Shown one piece after another: positions 39,602-52,559 of a DNA stretch of 64,000 bases. This DNA comes from Octopus vulgaris. Lineage: Eukaryota. The stretch lies in NCBI GenBank assembly GCA_951406725.2, contig OX597820.1, forward strand, positions 94,178,001-94,242,000. The letters are read 5' to 3'. The position numbers were made by a program, and so were the translations under genes. The notes below the pieces were generated by a model. That model was given only the letters and a program-made list of their open reading frames with translations, was not told where the DNA came from and searched no databases. The first letter of the stretch is position 1, and every line of letters starts with the position of its first letter.

Positions 39602-40128
39602 GGCGGGGGGGTGTATGTGAAGATTTTCTTCAGGGGCAAATATGTGACCCAGGAGAAAATCATTATGTATGTAATTGTCCCTGAAGAAAGCCGTTAGATT
39701 TGAAACGATGCTACAGTCATAGAGCTCATTTATTTGACAAAAGTGTATATGTATATATATACTCTGCATACTAAAATATATTAAATTCTTTCTTGTATGA
39801 CTGATCTTATCAGCCATTGGATTAAAAGTAGCATATATGTGTGTATGTACGTGTGGGTGTGTATATGTATAATTATAGATACATACACACACACATATGT
39901 ATACACACACACACATGGATGCGAATATATTGAATGATATCAATTTCTCACAAGACGGAATACATTTTTGTTGATCTTACCTTATCAGAAAGGTATATTA
40001 TATTTGTGTATATGCGTGTGAGATCGTGGTACATAGGAGGCTTATGGGTTTACATTCATATACATATATACACACACACACACACACGTATATATATATG
40101 TGTGTATATATATGTATATATATGTATG

Positions 40129-40189
<61 letters not shown>

Positions 40190-40190
<1 letters not shown>

Positions 40191-40454
40191 TTTTATCGTT
40201 TACTTGTCTCAGTCATTTCACAGCGGCCATGCTGGGGCACGGACTTGTAGAATTCTTAGTCGAATGAATCGACCCCAGTACTTTTTTAAGGCCTGGTACT
40301 CATTTCATAGGCCTCTTTGCCGAACCGCTAAGTTACGAGGATGCAAACACACCAACACCGGTTGTCAAGAGGTGGGATGGGACAAACACAAACACAAAGG
40401 CACACACACACATAGATATACACACATACATGCATACATACATACCTACATACA

Positions 40455-40488
<34 letters not shown>

Positions 40489-40948
40489 CATACATACATA
40501 TATACATACATACATGTGTATGTATGTATATATATATATACATATATATATATATACGAAAGAAGGTTTGAAAATAATACACACACACACAGAGTTGAAA
40601 TTTACAGAAAAACGAAAGACGAAGACAGGTGTGTGAACAACAAGCAGGTGTATTAGTTTGACGCTCGGGAAAGTGGAAAGTGTTTTATGTTTGGAGCCTA
40701 CGCTCTTCAACAGAAAGGTCTATGAGGAAATAAACAAAGAGAGAATAAAAAAACTCGTCGATTTAGCGATCAAGCATGGCAGCTGCTATATATATATATA
40801 CGCGGGCTTCTTTCAATTTCCGTCAACCAAATCCACTCCCAAGGCTATGGTCAGCCCGAAGCTATAGTAGAAGAAACTTGCTCAAGGTGCCACGCAGTGG
40901 GACTGAACCAGGAACTGTGTGGTTTGGAAGCAAGCTTCTTACCACACA
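40190..40948 (-). mobile_element. Family-B SINE whose internal microsatellite carries a nested ~230-bp element
   Basis: SINE tail at 40190-40400 and head at 40800-40948, with an unrelated insert at 40556-40787. Confidence 0.8.
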
Positions 40949-41024
40949 TCGGAAATAGTATCTTTTAACTTGAAAATATATGGAAAATAAATTTGTGTAA
41001 TGGATAAAGGTAAGTTAAAGTAAA

Positions 41025-41734
41025 AGGGTGTTAATTAGGATGCACTTCATGTACGGTAAGATCCGAGAGAACCATTTGATCCGGTCGAAGCGTTACCCGA
41101 ACCAACTCAAGCATCCTCAGGAGCCCGACACGTACTGGTTCTTCTCAAATGAGAACTTTGTCCAAGATCAAAAGAGCGAACAAGAGGAATGACAGGTGAC
41201 TCTGCACCAGCCCTACTGATGTCTCCACTTTTATTCCCATCGTTGATGATCTTGAGGGTCTTAAAGTCAATGAAACAACCTACGTCGAAACAATGGAGGC
41301 GGTTGCCAAACACTATATTCAGAGAGTTGTTCTGCATTCCAGTAAGATTCTCTTACCTCTCACACAGCCCGTATGACTCTGGATGATCGGAAATTTTTAT
41401 GATCATATTACTCCTAATATTTGACCTCCTAACTCTTCCTGATTTAATCCTCACCCTTGGACAAGCACGTCTGAGGGATACCAAGCATGCCCACAATATC
41501 AAGGACTCGTTTGCGCTGGCTACTGGGGTGGTTATGACCAACGTTAACAATGATCACCTGATCAACGCAGCTAGTTGTTTCAGAAGTCGTATCGAGGCAG
41601 TAATCGAAGCTGATAGCGGTTTTATTGAATAGTCCTTTGATACATGTATGTAAGGTTGTATGTACCAAATTTTATAGAAATATATTGTTTATTCTAATAA
41701 ATACTTTTGTTTTCCAAACAGCTAACATACCCTG
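41025..41734 (+). mobile_element. Decayed Tc1/mariner-superfamily transposon (DD37D/maT-like)
   Basis: KHPQEPDTYWFFSNE; DHITPNI*PPNS.PDL (cf. WPPNSPDLNP); CFRSRIEAVIEADSGFIE*; 3' end ...ataccctg followed by TA. Confidence 0.75.
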
Positions 41735-42122
41735 TATATGACGAATGCCCAAATAATAAAAGAGATGGTGATATGGAGAAAGAGAAAGAGAGTGATATAG
41801 GGAGAGAGAGCTAGGTATTGAATCGTAGATGATTATTAGAAAGAGGACTTACAAGATGCTAAACGGTCAATTATTAATCAATATATATGAATACCAATCA
41901 CAATTGCTAGATGTCATTTTCTTCTGTTAATTTTAATTATACTTCAAAGAACAATGGTATAAATGTGTGGTTGTTTGAGTTTTGATGTATCTGGCTGGGT
42001 GCAGATTAAGGATGTGGGTTCTAAAATACTTTTACCTGGTTGTGTGAGTGGGAGAGAATGGTTCTGTGAATATGCGACGCTAATATATAGGTGTGATATT
42101 TGGATGGAATGTATATCGTATT

Positions 42123-42610
42123 ATACTCTTTACTCTCTTTACTCTTTTACTTATTTCAGTCATTTGACTGCGGCCATGCTGGAGCACCGCCTTTAGTCGA
42201 GCAAATCGACCCCAGGACTTATTCTTATCGGTCTCTTTTGCCGAACCGCTAAGTTACGGGGAGATTCAGCGTGACACCGTGAGTGACAAGACTGGCCCTT
42301 TGAAATACAGGTACATCACAAAAAGGAAGAAAGAGTGAGAGAAAGTTGTGATGAAAGAGTACAGCAGGGTTCGCTACCATACCCTACCGGAGCCTCATGG
42401 AGGTGATTTCGCTCAATAAACACACCAGCATCGGTTGTCAAGCGATGTTGGAGGGGGAGACAAACACAGACACACAAACACACACACATATATATACATA
42501 TACATATATACGACGGGATTCTTTTAGTTACCGTCTACCAAATCTTTGGTCGACCGGAGTCTAAGGTGCCATGCAGTTGGTAAGCAAGCTACTTTCCACA
42601 CAGCGACTCC
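42123..42610 (-). mobile_element. Family-B SINE carrying a 167-bp family-C segment
   Basis: See the finding at 42257-42922. Confidence 0.8.
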
Positions 42611-42632
42611 TTTATATCATATTTATATTTGT

Positions 42633-43005
42633 AGCACTCCGTCGGTTACGACGACAAGGGTTCCTGTTGATCCGATCAACGGAACAGCTTGTTCGTGAAA
42701 TTAACGTGCAAGTGGCTGAGTACTCCACAGACACGTGTAACTTTACCGTAGTTCTCGGGGAGATTCAGCGTGACACCGTGAGTGACAAGGCCGGCCCTTT
42801 GAAATACAGGTACATCACAAAAAGGAAGAAAGAGTGAGAGAAAGTTGTGATGAAAGAGTACAGCAGGGTTCGCTACCATACCCTGCCGGAGCCTCATGGA
42901 GGTGTTTTCGCTCAATAAACACTCACAACGCCCGGTCTGGGAATCGAAACTGCGATCCTACGACCACGAGTCCGCTGCCCTAATCACTGGGCCATTGCGC
43001 CTCCA
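42633..43005 (-). mobile_element. Family-C tRNA-derived SINE
   Basis: Head tggaggcgcaatggcccagtg...ttcgattccc on the minus strand; matches 52128-52507. Confidence 0.9.
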
Positions 43006-43849
43006 CATATATATTTATAGTATAATTTATATTATATTTACAAATTTAAAATCAGTTCAAGTATGCTTGGAGCATATTTGAACCCGTAAGAAAGTCATTC
43101 ACTGTATTTTATCGAAGCTCCCTCTAACCAGATTGATGGTTGCATGCATTTCGGGGTGGTTATCATCTCTTCATCATCAGATACCGGATAGGCGGGTACA
43201 CTATGAACTGTCAATAGATGGATATCTCTTATCATATGGGTGTCGTTATATTGTAACTGGTTGCACCAATCGGTGGCCCCTCGTAAATAAAATACGGAAT
43301 AGAAGTGCTAAGTAATGATGTGTATAAATACAAATCTATCAAACGGAAGGTAAACGCGGCACATGCACTCCTTCAGGTGAAGGAACAGGGAAAAGTCTAC
43401 CACCCTGTCCTCTTCATCTGAAGACTTCGAAATGACTTCCCGACATAATATAGTGTGTTGTTGACAGAGCTCCTCTTTACTCACATGGAGCTCGCATTTA
43501 CCGGCTGTGTACCCGCTAGAGACTGCACATATTCCACCAACCTTGCTGTATTCAACTAATATTAAAAGGATAATGAAGATAGAACACACTGAGGAAGAAA
43601 TATGATATTTTATTATGCGGCGAACATTCAGTGCATGTTTCAATCTTGTTAAATCTCATCAGTTATGCATATTTTAATCGTTATAGCTGTTATTAGATGA
43701 ATACAAATGTATGTAAACAATTTCGTTTGGTGGATGTCTACACAAACTGATCTTTAATTCTTTTCTTTGGTCTCAATTAGGTTTATTAATGAAGATGGTG
43801 CTAACAAATACTTTTTCATTAACTGGAATGCCGCAAGTATATTATGGAA

Positions 43850-45045
43850 AATATATAGGGAAAGTAACTGACACCTTTGTAGTCAACAGAAACGTGGAAG
43901 CAACGAACATAATTACAGTTAAACAGCTTGCCCCCGGGATGCTACCTGCACAAAAATAATAGTCAGCTATTATTTTAATATAATGAGGAAAAGAAATATA
44001 TTTTTTTCATAATATTTATGCGGTGGGTTGGAGAAAACGTCAGCTCAATGATTAATAATCATTTAATCTTGGGTTGCTAATTATAAGTGACATACGAACT
44101 TTGCCAAGTGGTAAAATAACAAAATTATCACCTTCCATGCCACGAAACAAGTTTCATTCGATTACACTCTCTTTTATGGAGTCAATTCTAGTAATGTGTT
44201 TACTAATCTGTGTTTCATGTATTTATCTCATTCAAAATAAAATTTAAAAAAAAACAGAAGAAATTACTGGTTTAGTTGGGGGAGAAAGGGCAAGAACCTA
44301 TTGACAACCCCCAAGACTGATGAAAGAAAGTGAGGAAGATATAGCCATATTGACTCGAATGCTTGCAACATTGGGGGATCTGATGAAGCTATTAAAAAAT
44401 GGAGTAACAGATTTTTGGGTATCTTCTAAAATGTCCCAACTTCTTCCTTCAAATATCATTTGCTCTGTTATCAGATTGTAATGAAAGTTTTTCTGATTTT
44501 CAAATGCGTTACGGATTATATAGATTTTTGGTTTTTCGCAATATGGAAAGCAAATTTATCTAATGACCTCAAAATACAATTTTTTTTATAGTTGCTGTAG
44601 AAAGCATATTGATATATGGATCTAAATGCTGGACACTCACAGAAGTAATAGAAACCAGACTAAATGTAAACATACAGACTAAATGTAAACATACAGACTA
44701 AATGTAAGCATATGCCAAAATGTAAAAGAAAAGGAAAAACATTTCTTGGAAGTAACATTTACAAAGTAGCATACTATATGGAAATGCACCATTTTTAGCA
44801 GAAATCACCAAACAACGAGTACTTCTAGGTGTAAGACACTATTAGTAAAGAAAGTATGAAGTTGTACGTCAGCAGTTAATATGGGAAACAACGTGTGGTA
44901 AAAGGACACAAGGCAGGCCTTTCGAACATATGTGTATCAGTTGCTAGAGGACTCAAACCTTGAAAAGATTGGGTTGCAGAACTGAAGGAGAACAGAGAAG
45001 AATGGAAGAGACTAGTCAATGGGATCCGAGTCTGCTCTACATACT
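43850..45045 (+). mobile_element. Decayed, internally deleted RTE/RTE-X LINE
   Basis: IWKANLSNDLKIQFF..VAVESILIYGSKCWTLT; NISWK*HL...LYGN; ENREEWKRLV. Endonuclease-like fragments lie upstream. Confidence 0.7.
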
Positions 45046-45399
45046 TTCTGTTATTAACGATAACCTTCAACAACTGAATGCGGCAACAAGCTTTTCGGAG
45101 CTACGTTAATAAAATTCCTTTGGCTTGTCCTGATAATAGTCATTAAGCTCGTTTTCGACTTCCTTTTTAGAAGCTAGTCCAATCCATCTAAATGGTTTCT
45201 TTAACATCTAAAAGAATGATAGATGTAACAAGGACGGAAGGATAAGTGGGTTGAGAAATTTTTTCCTGCTGAGTTCCTCTATAATACACTTGGTTACTTA
45301 TGTAGTGTGCGGATGTGTATTAACATGGAGAAGAATGTCTCGTTTCTGTTGATTACAGACGGATGATTTTTGTCCAAAATTCTTTTCAGACGCCGTAGT

Positions 45400-46300
45400 T
45401 GTTGACTGTAAACTTCAGCTGAAATTATTCGATTATTGTTTAATGGTGTATAAGAAACGATTTCCCTGCATATTCAACCATACACTTAAAATTATTTTCT
45501 TTAGAAGAAAATCCTTCTCGGTTTTTGAGCATATTTATCGTCACGACTAAGCCACTCGTGATGGCGCTTAACATTACTATAAAACTTTCATTTCTCATAC
45601 TTTCTAACAACACTGTGCACATTAAAGCACTTAGAGATGAAGTAAATACAATACCTCACAGAAATCAACTCACTGTTGGTGATTCTCTAGAAACAGGTTG
45701 TGCGAGACAAATTTCCTTAACTTTTTAAACCTTTTCACAATGGACAGCCATATGGCTAGCATTGGACTGATGTCTAAGACCCCTAAATATATTCACGGTA
45801 TTTGCTACAACGACTTTTCTAGAGCCCTTAACTCGAGACAATGTGGATATCCTTTCACTTGGTTCAAATCTTTTATGGTTCGGCCTTGGTGAAAGGGGGA
45901 GTGTCTATGACTTTGCAGACCTTCCAAGCTGTTAATGCTCCGTTTAAATTGTTGGAAGCCAGCACCTGTAGAACAGATATGAGCAGAGAGACCATAGTTT
46001 CCAGAGGGCCAATGTTCCGAGGAAGAAAGACCAGGCATAGTGATTAGTGCGAGACCTGAGATTGACGAGAGGTAGAGAAATGAGTGGAGGAGGTACAAGA
46101 TTGGCCAACTCTGAGGAACAAGGACCATAGTATTTAGACTGAAGACCCCACTTCTCAAACGGAAAACCACATTTGACAAGTATTTTCACTTACTGCATCT
46201 ACACCACAAGTACTAAGGATAAATATTGCCGTAGTATTTGTGTTTACCTCTATGAAACTGAAAGAGTATGATATAACGAAGATGTTCTTCAGTTACATTA
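45400..46300 (-). mobile_element. Possible decayed Tx1/L1-type ORF1
   Basis: LANLVP...LYLSSISGLALITMPG resembles the LPHxL...LVxVPGRxPxC segment that precedes the ORF1 knuckle. Weak. Confidence 0.35.
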
Positions 46301-46695
46301 AACTTTGGATCAGTTTGAACGCATTTTCTTGTACAATGCCCGAAAAGTAAAAGAAGAGCATCACTAATGATAGCATGGCTAAACATCAGATAAAGATAAA
46401 ACTTAAGTCTTTCTTTTCAACAATTTTGGCTCAAAGCTCGGACAGAACTTCCGTTGCAACCTAATAATTTCAACCGATGTCCTTTTCCATCATATCCAAA
46501 CTCTCCATGAAATGTTACTTTTTCTCTTATCTGTAATAGTATTTTATCTAATAAGGATTCGCTTCTCCCTTATTTTTAATTATATTTTTCGCAAAGCTAA
46601 GCAGCTATTACATACTAGAGCAATAGCTATTCTCGGGTTGCTCTCTCTCTCTCTTGCTTTCTCTTGTTCTCCGCCGCTCCTCTCTCTCTCTCTCT

Positions 46696-46753
<58 letters not shown>

Positions 46754-46844
46754 GAAGTAGGTGAACACCGTTCAATCATCTATTACCTTTCTACATTCAG
46801 AGCATGGACGAACACTTTCATATTGTAATGTCTCTGTTACACAC

Positions 46845-47245
46845 AAGGCGGTGAGCTGGCAGAAACGTTAGCACGCCGGGCGAAATGCTTAGCGGTATTT
46901 TGTCTGCCGTTACGTTCTGAGTTCAAATTCTGCCGAGATCGACTTTGTCTTTCATTCTTTCGGGGTCGATTAAATAAGTACCAATTACGCACTGGGGTCG
47001 ATATAATCGACTTAATCCGTTTGTCTGTCCTTGTTTGTCCTCTCTGTGTTTAGCCCCTTGTGGATAGTAAAGAAATAGGTATTTCGTCTGCCGTTACGTT
47101 CTGAGTTCAAATTCCGCCGAGGTCGACTTTGCCTTTCATCCTTTCGGGGTTGATAAATTAAGTACCAGTTGATTACTGGCAGCGATGTTATCGACTTGCA
47201 CCCCCACCTCGATATTGCTGGCCTTGTGTCGAAATTTGAAACCGG
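46845..47245 (+). mobile_element. Family-A SINE dimer (full unit plus 5'-truncated unit)
   Basis: The second unit restarts at gtatttcgtctgccgttacg directly after aaagaaatag. Confidence 0.9.
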
Positions 47246-47599
47246 TATTTCAATTACTCACGTCTATCATATCAAGTTATGCTCTTCTCAAACTATACAC
47301 AAGAGTAACTAAACACCAAGTAAATAAGGTGGTAACGATAAAGGCATTTAGTTTTAACACTAGTTTAAAATTCAGTATACTTATATATGGAAGCACATGC
47401 ACATACATACATACAGACAGAGAGACAGACACACACACACACACACACACACAGACATATACCATATCTATAATGCATTAGCTAACACGTTATGTTAAGA
47501 CAAATGTAAGCGTTAAATATTCATAAAAAATATTTCATAGGCAGAAAAAGAAAAAGAGGGAACAACTACCAAAAGGAGGGTCAAATAAGCAAATTGGCC

Positions 47600-49080
47600 G
47601 GCCCAGTTTACTTTAAGGTCCGATATTAGTGGATTTAAAGCCGTGTGTTCATGGCTATTTGGAGAAGGTGCCCAGTTACTGGCGAAACACCGAATAGTAT
47701 CGAAAGATTGCTGTATAAATCACCCCACTTCCGCATCCAATATGTCTGGGGTCATGTGCGTTTCACTTGTCTTTTTTCGCTGTACAAGGTCTCTCTCGCT
47801 GTACAATGTGTCTCTCGTTTTGCAAGGTTTCTAAGAAATGATACTTTTGTTCGACTTGTGACGTGTGAAAGACCTTGCACGTTCGGCATCATTATTAAGT
47901 TGAGTTTGTAGGTTAATGACAGAAATGGTGTTGTAGTGCACTGGGGTTATAGCAGTGGTTGGTACTGTGTGAGAGCTAAACGTCTTTTTTTGTTTTTCTT
48001 TTGCCAGATTCATTATCACTAAAAAATTATTTTCTTGTTTTGGGGAGGGGTTGTTGTCTGGAGTTGGTATGGTTGCACTGTTGAATATGGTTACAGTTAT
48101 AATTTGCGACTATTTGGTCGCTAAGTTTCGATGAAAGTTTGGACCAACACTGCCACTGTAAGGAATGTTTCTACTGTGGATTTGATGGTAGTTTGGTGTT
48201 ATGCTTTTACTAGTGCATCGAGTCCTTGGAAGATTAATGAAGGGACAGTCAGACATCGGATACAATAGAGTTTAGGATTCCGGGTTACGTGTTTAGAAGT
48301 GGTTCAGTGTGATTTAGCTTACAGTGGTGGTATTGTTGTAAGATGTGTGGTTTGGCTTTGGCCGGTATTTCATGTACGAATTGTGCATCTTGTCCCAGTT
48401 AAATGGATGAAGTTACAATCACTGCGTATGCATAGTCTCTCGTGTTGAGAACAACGGCATATTTTGGGATTTCGTGTGTTCATAATATTATTTTATTTAC
48501 ATTTGGCAGATTTATCATGGAACTGTCAGGTACAAATTCAGATTGAGGTGGACAGTGGAGGAAGAAATGGTAGTAGTAGTAGAATAGGATGACAATGGTA
48601 ATGATGGATCTCTTGTGTTATTCTGAGGAGAATTTGAGTGGCTTGATTGCAGAGAAGAGCTAGGGACTGTGTTGTTTAATAGATCATCAATTGTTCTAGT
48701 ATTGAAGAGTGACTGCCAATGCTAATCTTGTTATTGTTGCTATTGTTTAGTTGTGGTAAGGGTAGTAGCAGTAGAACATGATGGCAATGATGATGATGGG
48801 CCTGTTATGATATTCCGAGGAAATGAGGAAGCGAACAGCTGAACTGTGAAGGGCTCTTGATTGTGGAGTTTAATCGGTCATCAACTGTTTTAGTATTGAA
48901 GAGTGAGCTCCAATGCTGATCTTGTTGTTGTTGCTATTGTTCATGTGGTGCTCAGGGTAGTAGTAGTAATAGAACATGGTGAGAATGATGGTGATGAGTC
49001 ACTTGTGGTATTTCCAAATAAATGATGAAGTGGACAGCTGAAGGGTGAAGGGCTCTAGAGTGTGGAGTTTAATAGCTACA
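47600..49080 (-). mobile_element. Decayed Penelope-like element (RT and GIY-YIG remnants) with a repetitive N-terminal region
   Basis: Minus-strand HTRNP.., RSFTRHKSNKSII (cf. FTCxSxNVIY) and LGTFSPN (cf. LGTLxPxGLN). ~195-bp diverged tandem repeat at 48570-49075. Confidence 0.5.
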
Positions 49081-49689
49081 TTAAACATGTACATGTTGAC
49101 ATATGGAAGATTCAATCAGAATGTGAATTCAATCAGAATTCAATTATACGTATGTATGTATGTATGTATGTATGTATGTATGTATGTATGTATGTATGTA
49201 TGTATGTATGTATGTATGTATGTATGCATGTATGTATGTATGTGTGTATGTATGTGCTTGTATATCCATGTACGTATGTATGTATGTATGTATGATTTAA
49301 TTTTATTGCTGAGGATTCTTTAGTTCAATAATATATCTTTCTATGGATTTGGAGTGGGGAGATTCGTTTTATTTATTTTATTTACTTTAAGCAACAAATT
49401 TTAGGGGGTGTAAGCCCCTTCACCCGCACCTGTTCCGTTTTCATACGTAACATAAATTAAGTACAGCCTCTCTAGAACTGTAGAATCAAATACGGTAGGA
49501 ATATTTTTTTCATATAAATCTTTAGCATGAAGATGAATAACCCCAAATTCTCCATGATAGTATAATACTACATAACAATGATGAGGATAATCTTGGATCT
49601 GAGGATTCCCTGTTTAGCTCTAATTGGACGTCCTCCATCATTAGGCAGACTCAAGCATGTATTTATGAATTTGTATACCGTGAACATTT

Positions 49690-50749
49690 GATCCCATTCG
49701 TCTGTCTCTCATTTTCTTTAATATACCCCATCCCATATACAAACACATTATGTGATACCTGTCTTTATACTGCTTCCTTTACCCGATATTATGCCATCCA
49801 GCCAATTTTGAGCGCAGCACCAACCTTAGTCTTCGGAATATTCCGTCCTCATTTGTTCTTTCATTTCCTTCTCCATTATCTCGTTGCTCTAGTACACAAA
49901 GTATTCGTAGCCTCCCGTTTCAATTTGTTTAATCAAGTCTCTATTCGGTAATTTTATCCGGTCTAGAGACTGTACTTTGCTTCATTTTAGGTAGCTTATT
50001 CTGCACTTCATGAGTCCAAATCCCATTCTAATATCAGCACTAAATCAGTCGACCCTGTTCCTCAAGGAACTCATTTGTTTCTCATTTTTACCAAACAGTT
50101 CCAAATCCTCCATGAAGAGGAGCTGGCTGATTGTTTGGGATTTTCCCTTTAGTGGTGCCCCAGGTTCATTTTCTTAAGTATCGAGGTCAGGGACATCATG
50201 CAGAGAACAAAAAGCAACGAAGATAGGCTATTACCTTGGAAAATCCATCATCTGATACCCAGGGTAACCAAGCTTTTTCGGTAAGACGTCAGTTCAGTTT
50301 TACACCCCACCATATTTCTCTTCAGAAAACGTTACATTCCTTTCAATTCCGAACAGATCTAAGCACTCGATGATCCACGAATGTGGAATCATACCATAAG
50401 CTTTGCGACAGTCAATCCAAGAACATTTCTAAATGTATTCTCCTTCTTTTACAATCTTGCATTACCATTTTGTCAATCAATAATTGATCTTTGGTACCTC
50501 TACATCTCCTTCAACGGCCTTTTTGTTCCGTCGGTAATATATCGTTCTCATCAAGAAATTTGTACAGTTCTTCAGCAGTTCTTCCTGACAGTGACTTCCA
50601 CATTAACAGGAGACAATAAATTGATCTGTAATTGTCAGCAGCATTTCCCTTTGATGCATCCTTCAGACACAACACTGTTCGTCCCTTTGTCAACCGGCAC
50701 GAGATTTCTTCTTCTCCGTTGATCAATGCATTAAATTGCTCGGCGATCA

Positions 50750-50750
<1 letters not shown>
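49690..50750 (-). mobile_element. Decayed R4/Dong-clade reverse transcriptase abutting (TAA)n
   Basis: [28 protein letters not shown]...LPTEQKG; [10 protein letters not shown]; RKAYGMIPHSWIIECL; LLFMEDLELFGKN...IRMGFGLMKC. Confidence 0.85.
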
Positions 50751-50807
<57 letters not shown>

Positions 50808-50809
<2 letters not shown>

Positions 50810-51235
50810 GGTGGCGTGCTAGCAGAATCGTTAGCATACTGGGCGAAATGCTTGGTCGTATTTTGTCTGGTACGTTCTAAGTTCAAATTCCTCCGAGGTC
50901 GACTTTGCCTTTCAGGGGGTCGATAAATTAAGTACCAGTGAAACACTGAGGTTGATGTAATCGACTAGTCTACTCCACCAAAATTTCAGGCATTGTACCT
51001 TTAGGAGAAAGGATTATTATTGAGGCGTTGGGCCGACAGAATCGTTTAGGCGTCAGACAAAATGCTTAACAGACTTTCCGACTCTTTACGTTCCGGACGC
51101 AAATCCCACAGAAGTCACCTTTACTTTACACGCTTTCGGAGTCGATGAAAAATAAGCTACTCGAGTATTGGGGTTAATATAATCGACACACTCCCTCCTC
51201 TTGAAATTGAAAGCCTTAAGGCAAAATTAGAGACC
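50808..51235 (+). mobile_element. Two tandem family-A SINEs starting at a (TTA)n tract
   Basis: Consensus match. Confidence 0.85.
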
Positions 51236-51540
51236 CAGGAGAGGAAAGGTATTGCAACAGATATGCTGGTGGTGGGATTAGCCTTGACTTATTCGTCAAT
51301 ATTAGGGCTCGTACTGTAAGACATGAGGGAACGAAAGCTGTTCGATGATCCCGGACAGCAGAAGCGTAACAGGACTATAGAACGGATCAGGAAGGGTGCT
51401 TGCTACTTGATTACGAGCAGATGTGTATGGCGTTTCGTTGACATTTCTCTGGGATATTCGGACCGATAAAATAAGTACCAGTTGTTCACAACGGTCCGGG
51501 ATTGCTGGCCTAGAGCCAAAATTTGAAACAATTATTATTA

Positions 51541-51592
<52 letters not shown>

Positions 51593-51593
<1 letters not shown>

Positions 51594-52094
51594 GAGTGAG
51601 ACAGCAGAGCATGCCATCAAAGTGACACTGGGGTAAAATATATGAAGCCCAGTATATCTACAAGGCACATGCATCACAACCATATGTGAACGACATGGTG
51701 ATCTCATATCAAGATAAACAGTGCATTAACTTGCAGGTGGCGTACGTTTACAATTTTCTACAGGTTGAGTAGCCCATCCCACTTAAAAGGCCCCTGAAAG
51801 TTGTTTAAGGGTGTTGAACGAAATACCCATCGTTCCCAAGGTGAATTATCCAAATCCCAAAGAATTCTTTCAACATATGGCTATGATGCTCCCCCACTAC
51901 TTCTACTCGTTACCAGAGATGCATATATTGTCAGCCACTAAGGGACATGCTCAAACAACTGACAAGCAAATCTGCGGTATTGAGCAGAATGTTTGTTGTA
52001 GCCCATCTTTTATACCAAGACAAAACAATGTACATGGTAATACTTCCAGTCAGTTAAGATTAAAAGCCATGACAGCCACTGCCTGTTATTGCAT
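51593..52094. mobile_element. ~500-bp non-coding element flanked on both sides by (ATT)n
   Basis: Sharp boundaries at (att)n, complex sequence, no convincing ORF. Confidence 0.5.
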
Positions 52095-52127
52095 ATTATT
52101 ATTATTATTATTATTAGGGAGAGAGGA

Positions 52128-52507
52128 AGCACTCCGTCGGTTACGACGACGAGGGTTCCGGTTGATCCGAATCAACGGAACAGCCTGCTCGTGAAATTAA
52201 CGTGTAAGTGGCTGAGCACTCCACAGACACTTGTACCCTTAACGTAGTTCTCGGGGATATTCAGCGTGACACAAAGAGTGACAAGGCCGGCCCTTTGAAA
52301 TACAGGTACAACAGAAACAGGAAGTAAGAGTGAGAGAAAGTTGTGGTGAAAGAGTACAGCAGGGATCACCACCATCCCCTGCCGGAGCCTCGTGGAGCTT
52401 TAGGTGTTTTCGCTCAATAAACATTCACAACGCCCGGTCTGGGAATCGAAACTGCGATCCTATGACCGCGAGTCCACTGCCCTAACCACTGGGCCATTGC
52501 GCCTCCA
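52128..52507 (-). mobile_element. Family-C SINE, between (ATT)n tracts
   Basis: Full-length match to 42633-43005. Confidence 0.9.
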
Positions 52508-52521
52508 CATTATTATTATTA

Positions 52522-52559
<38 letters not shown>

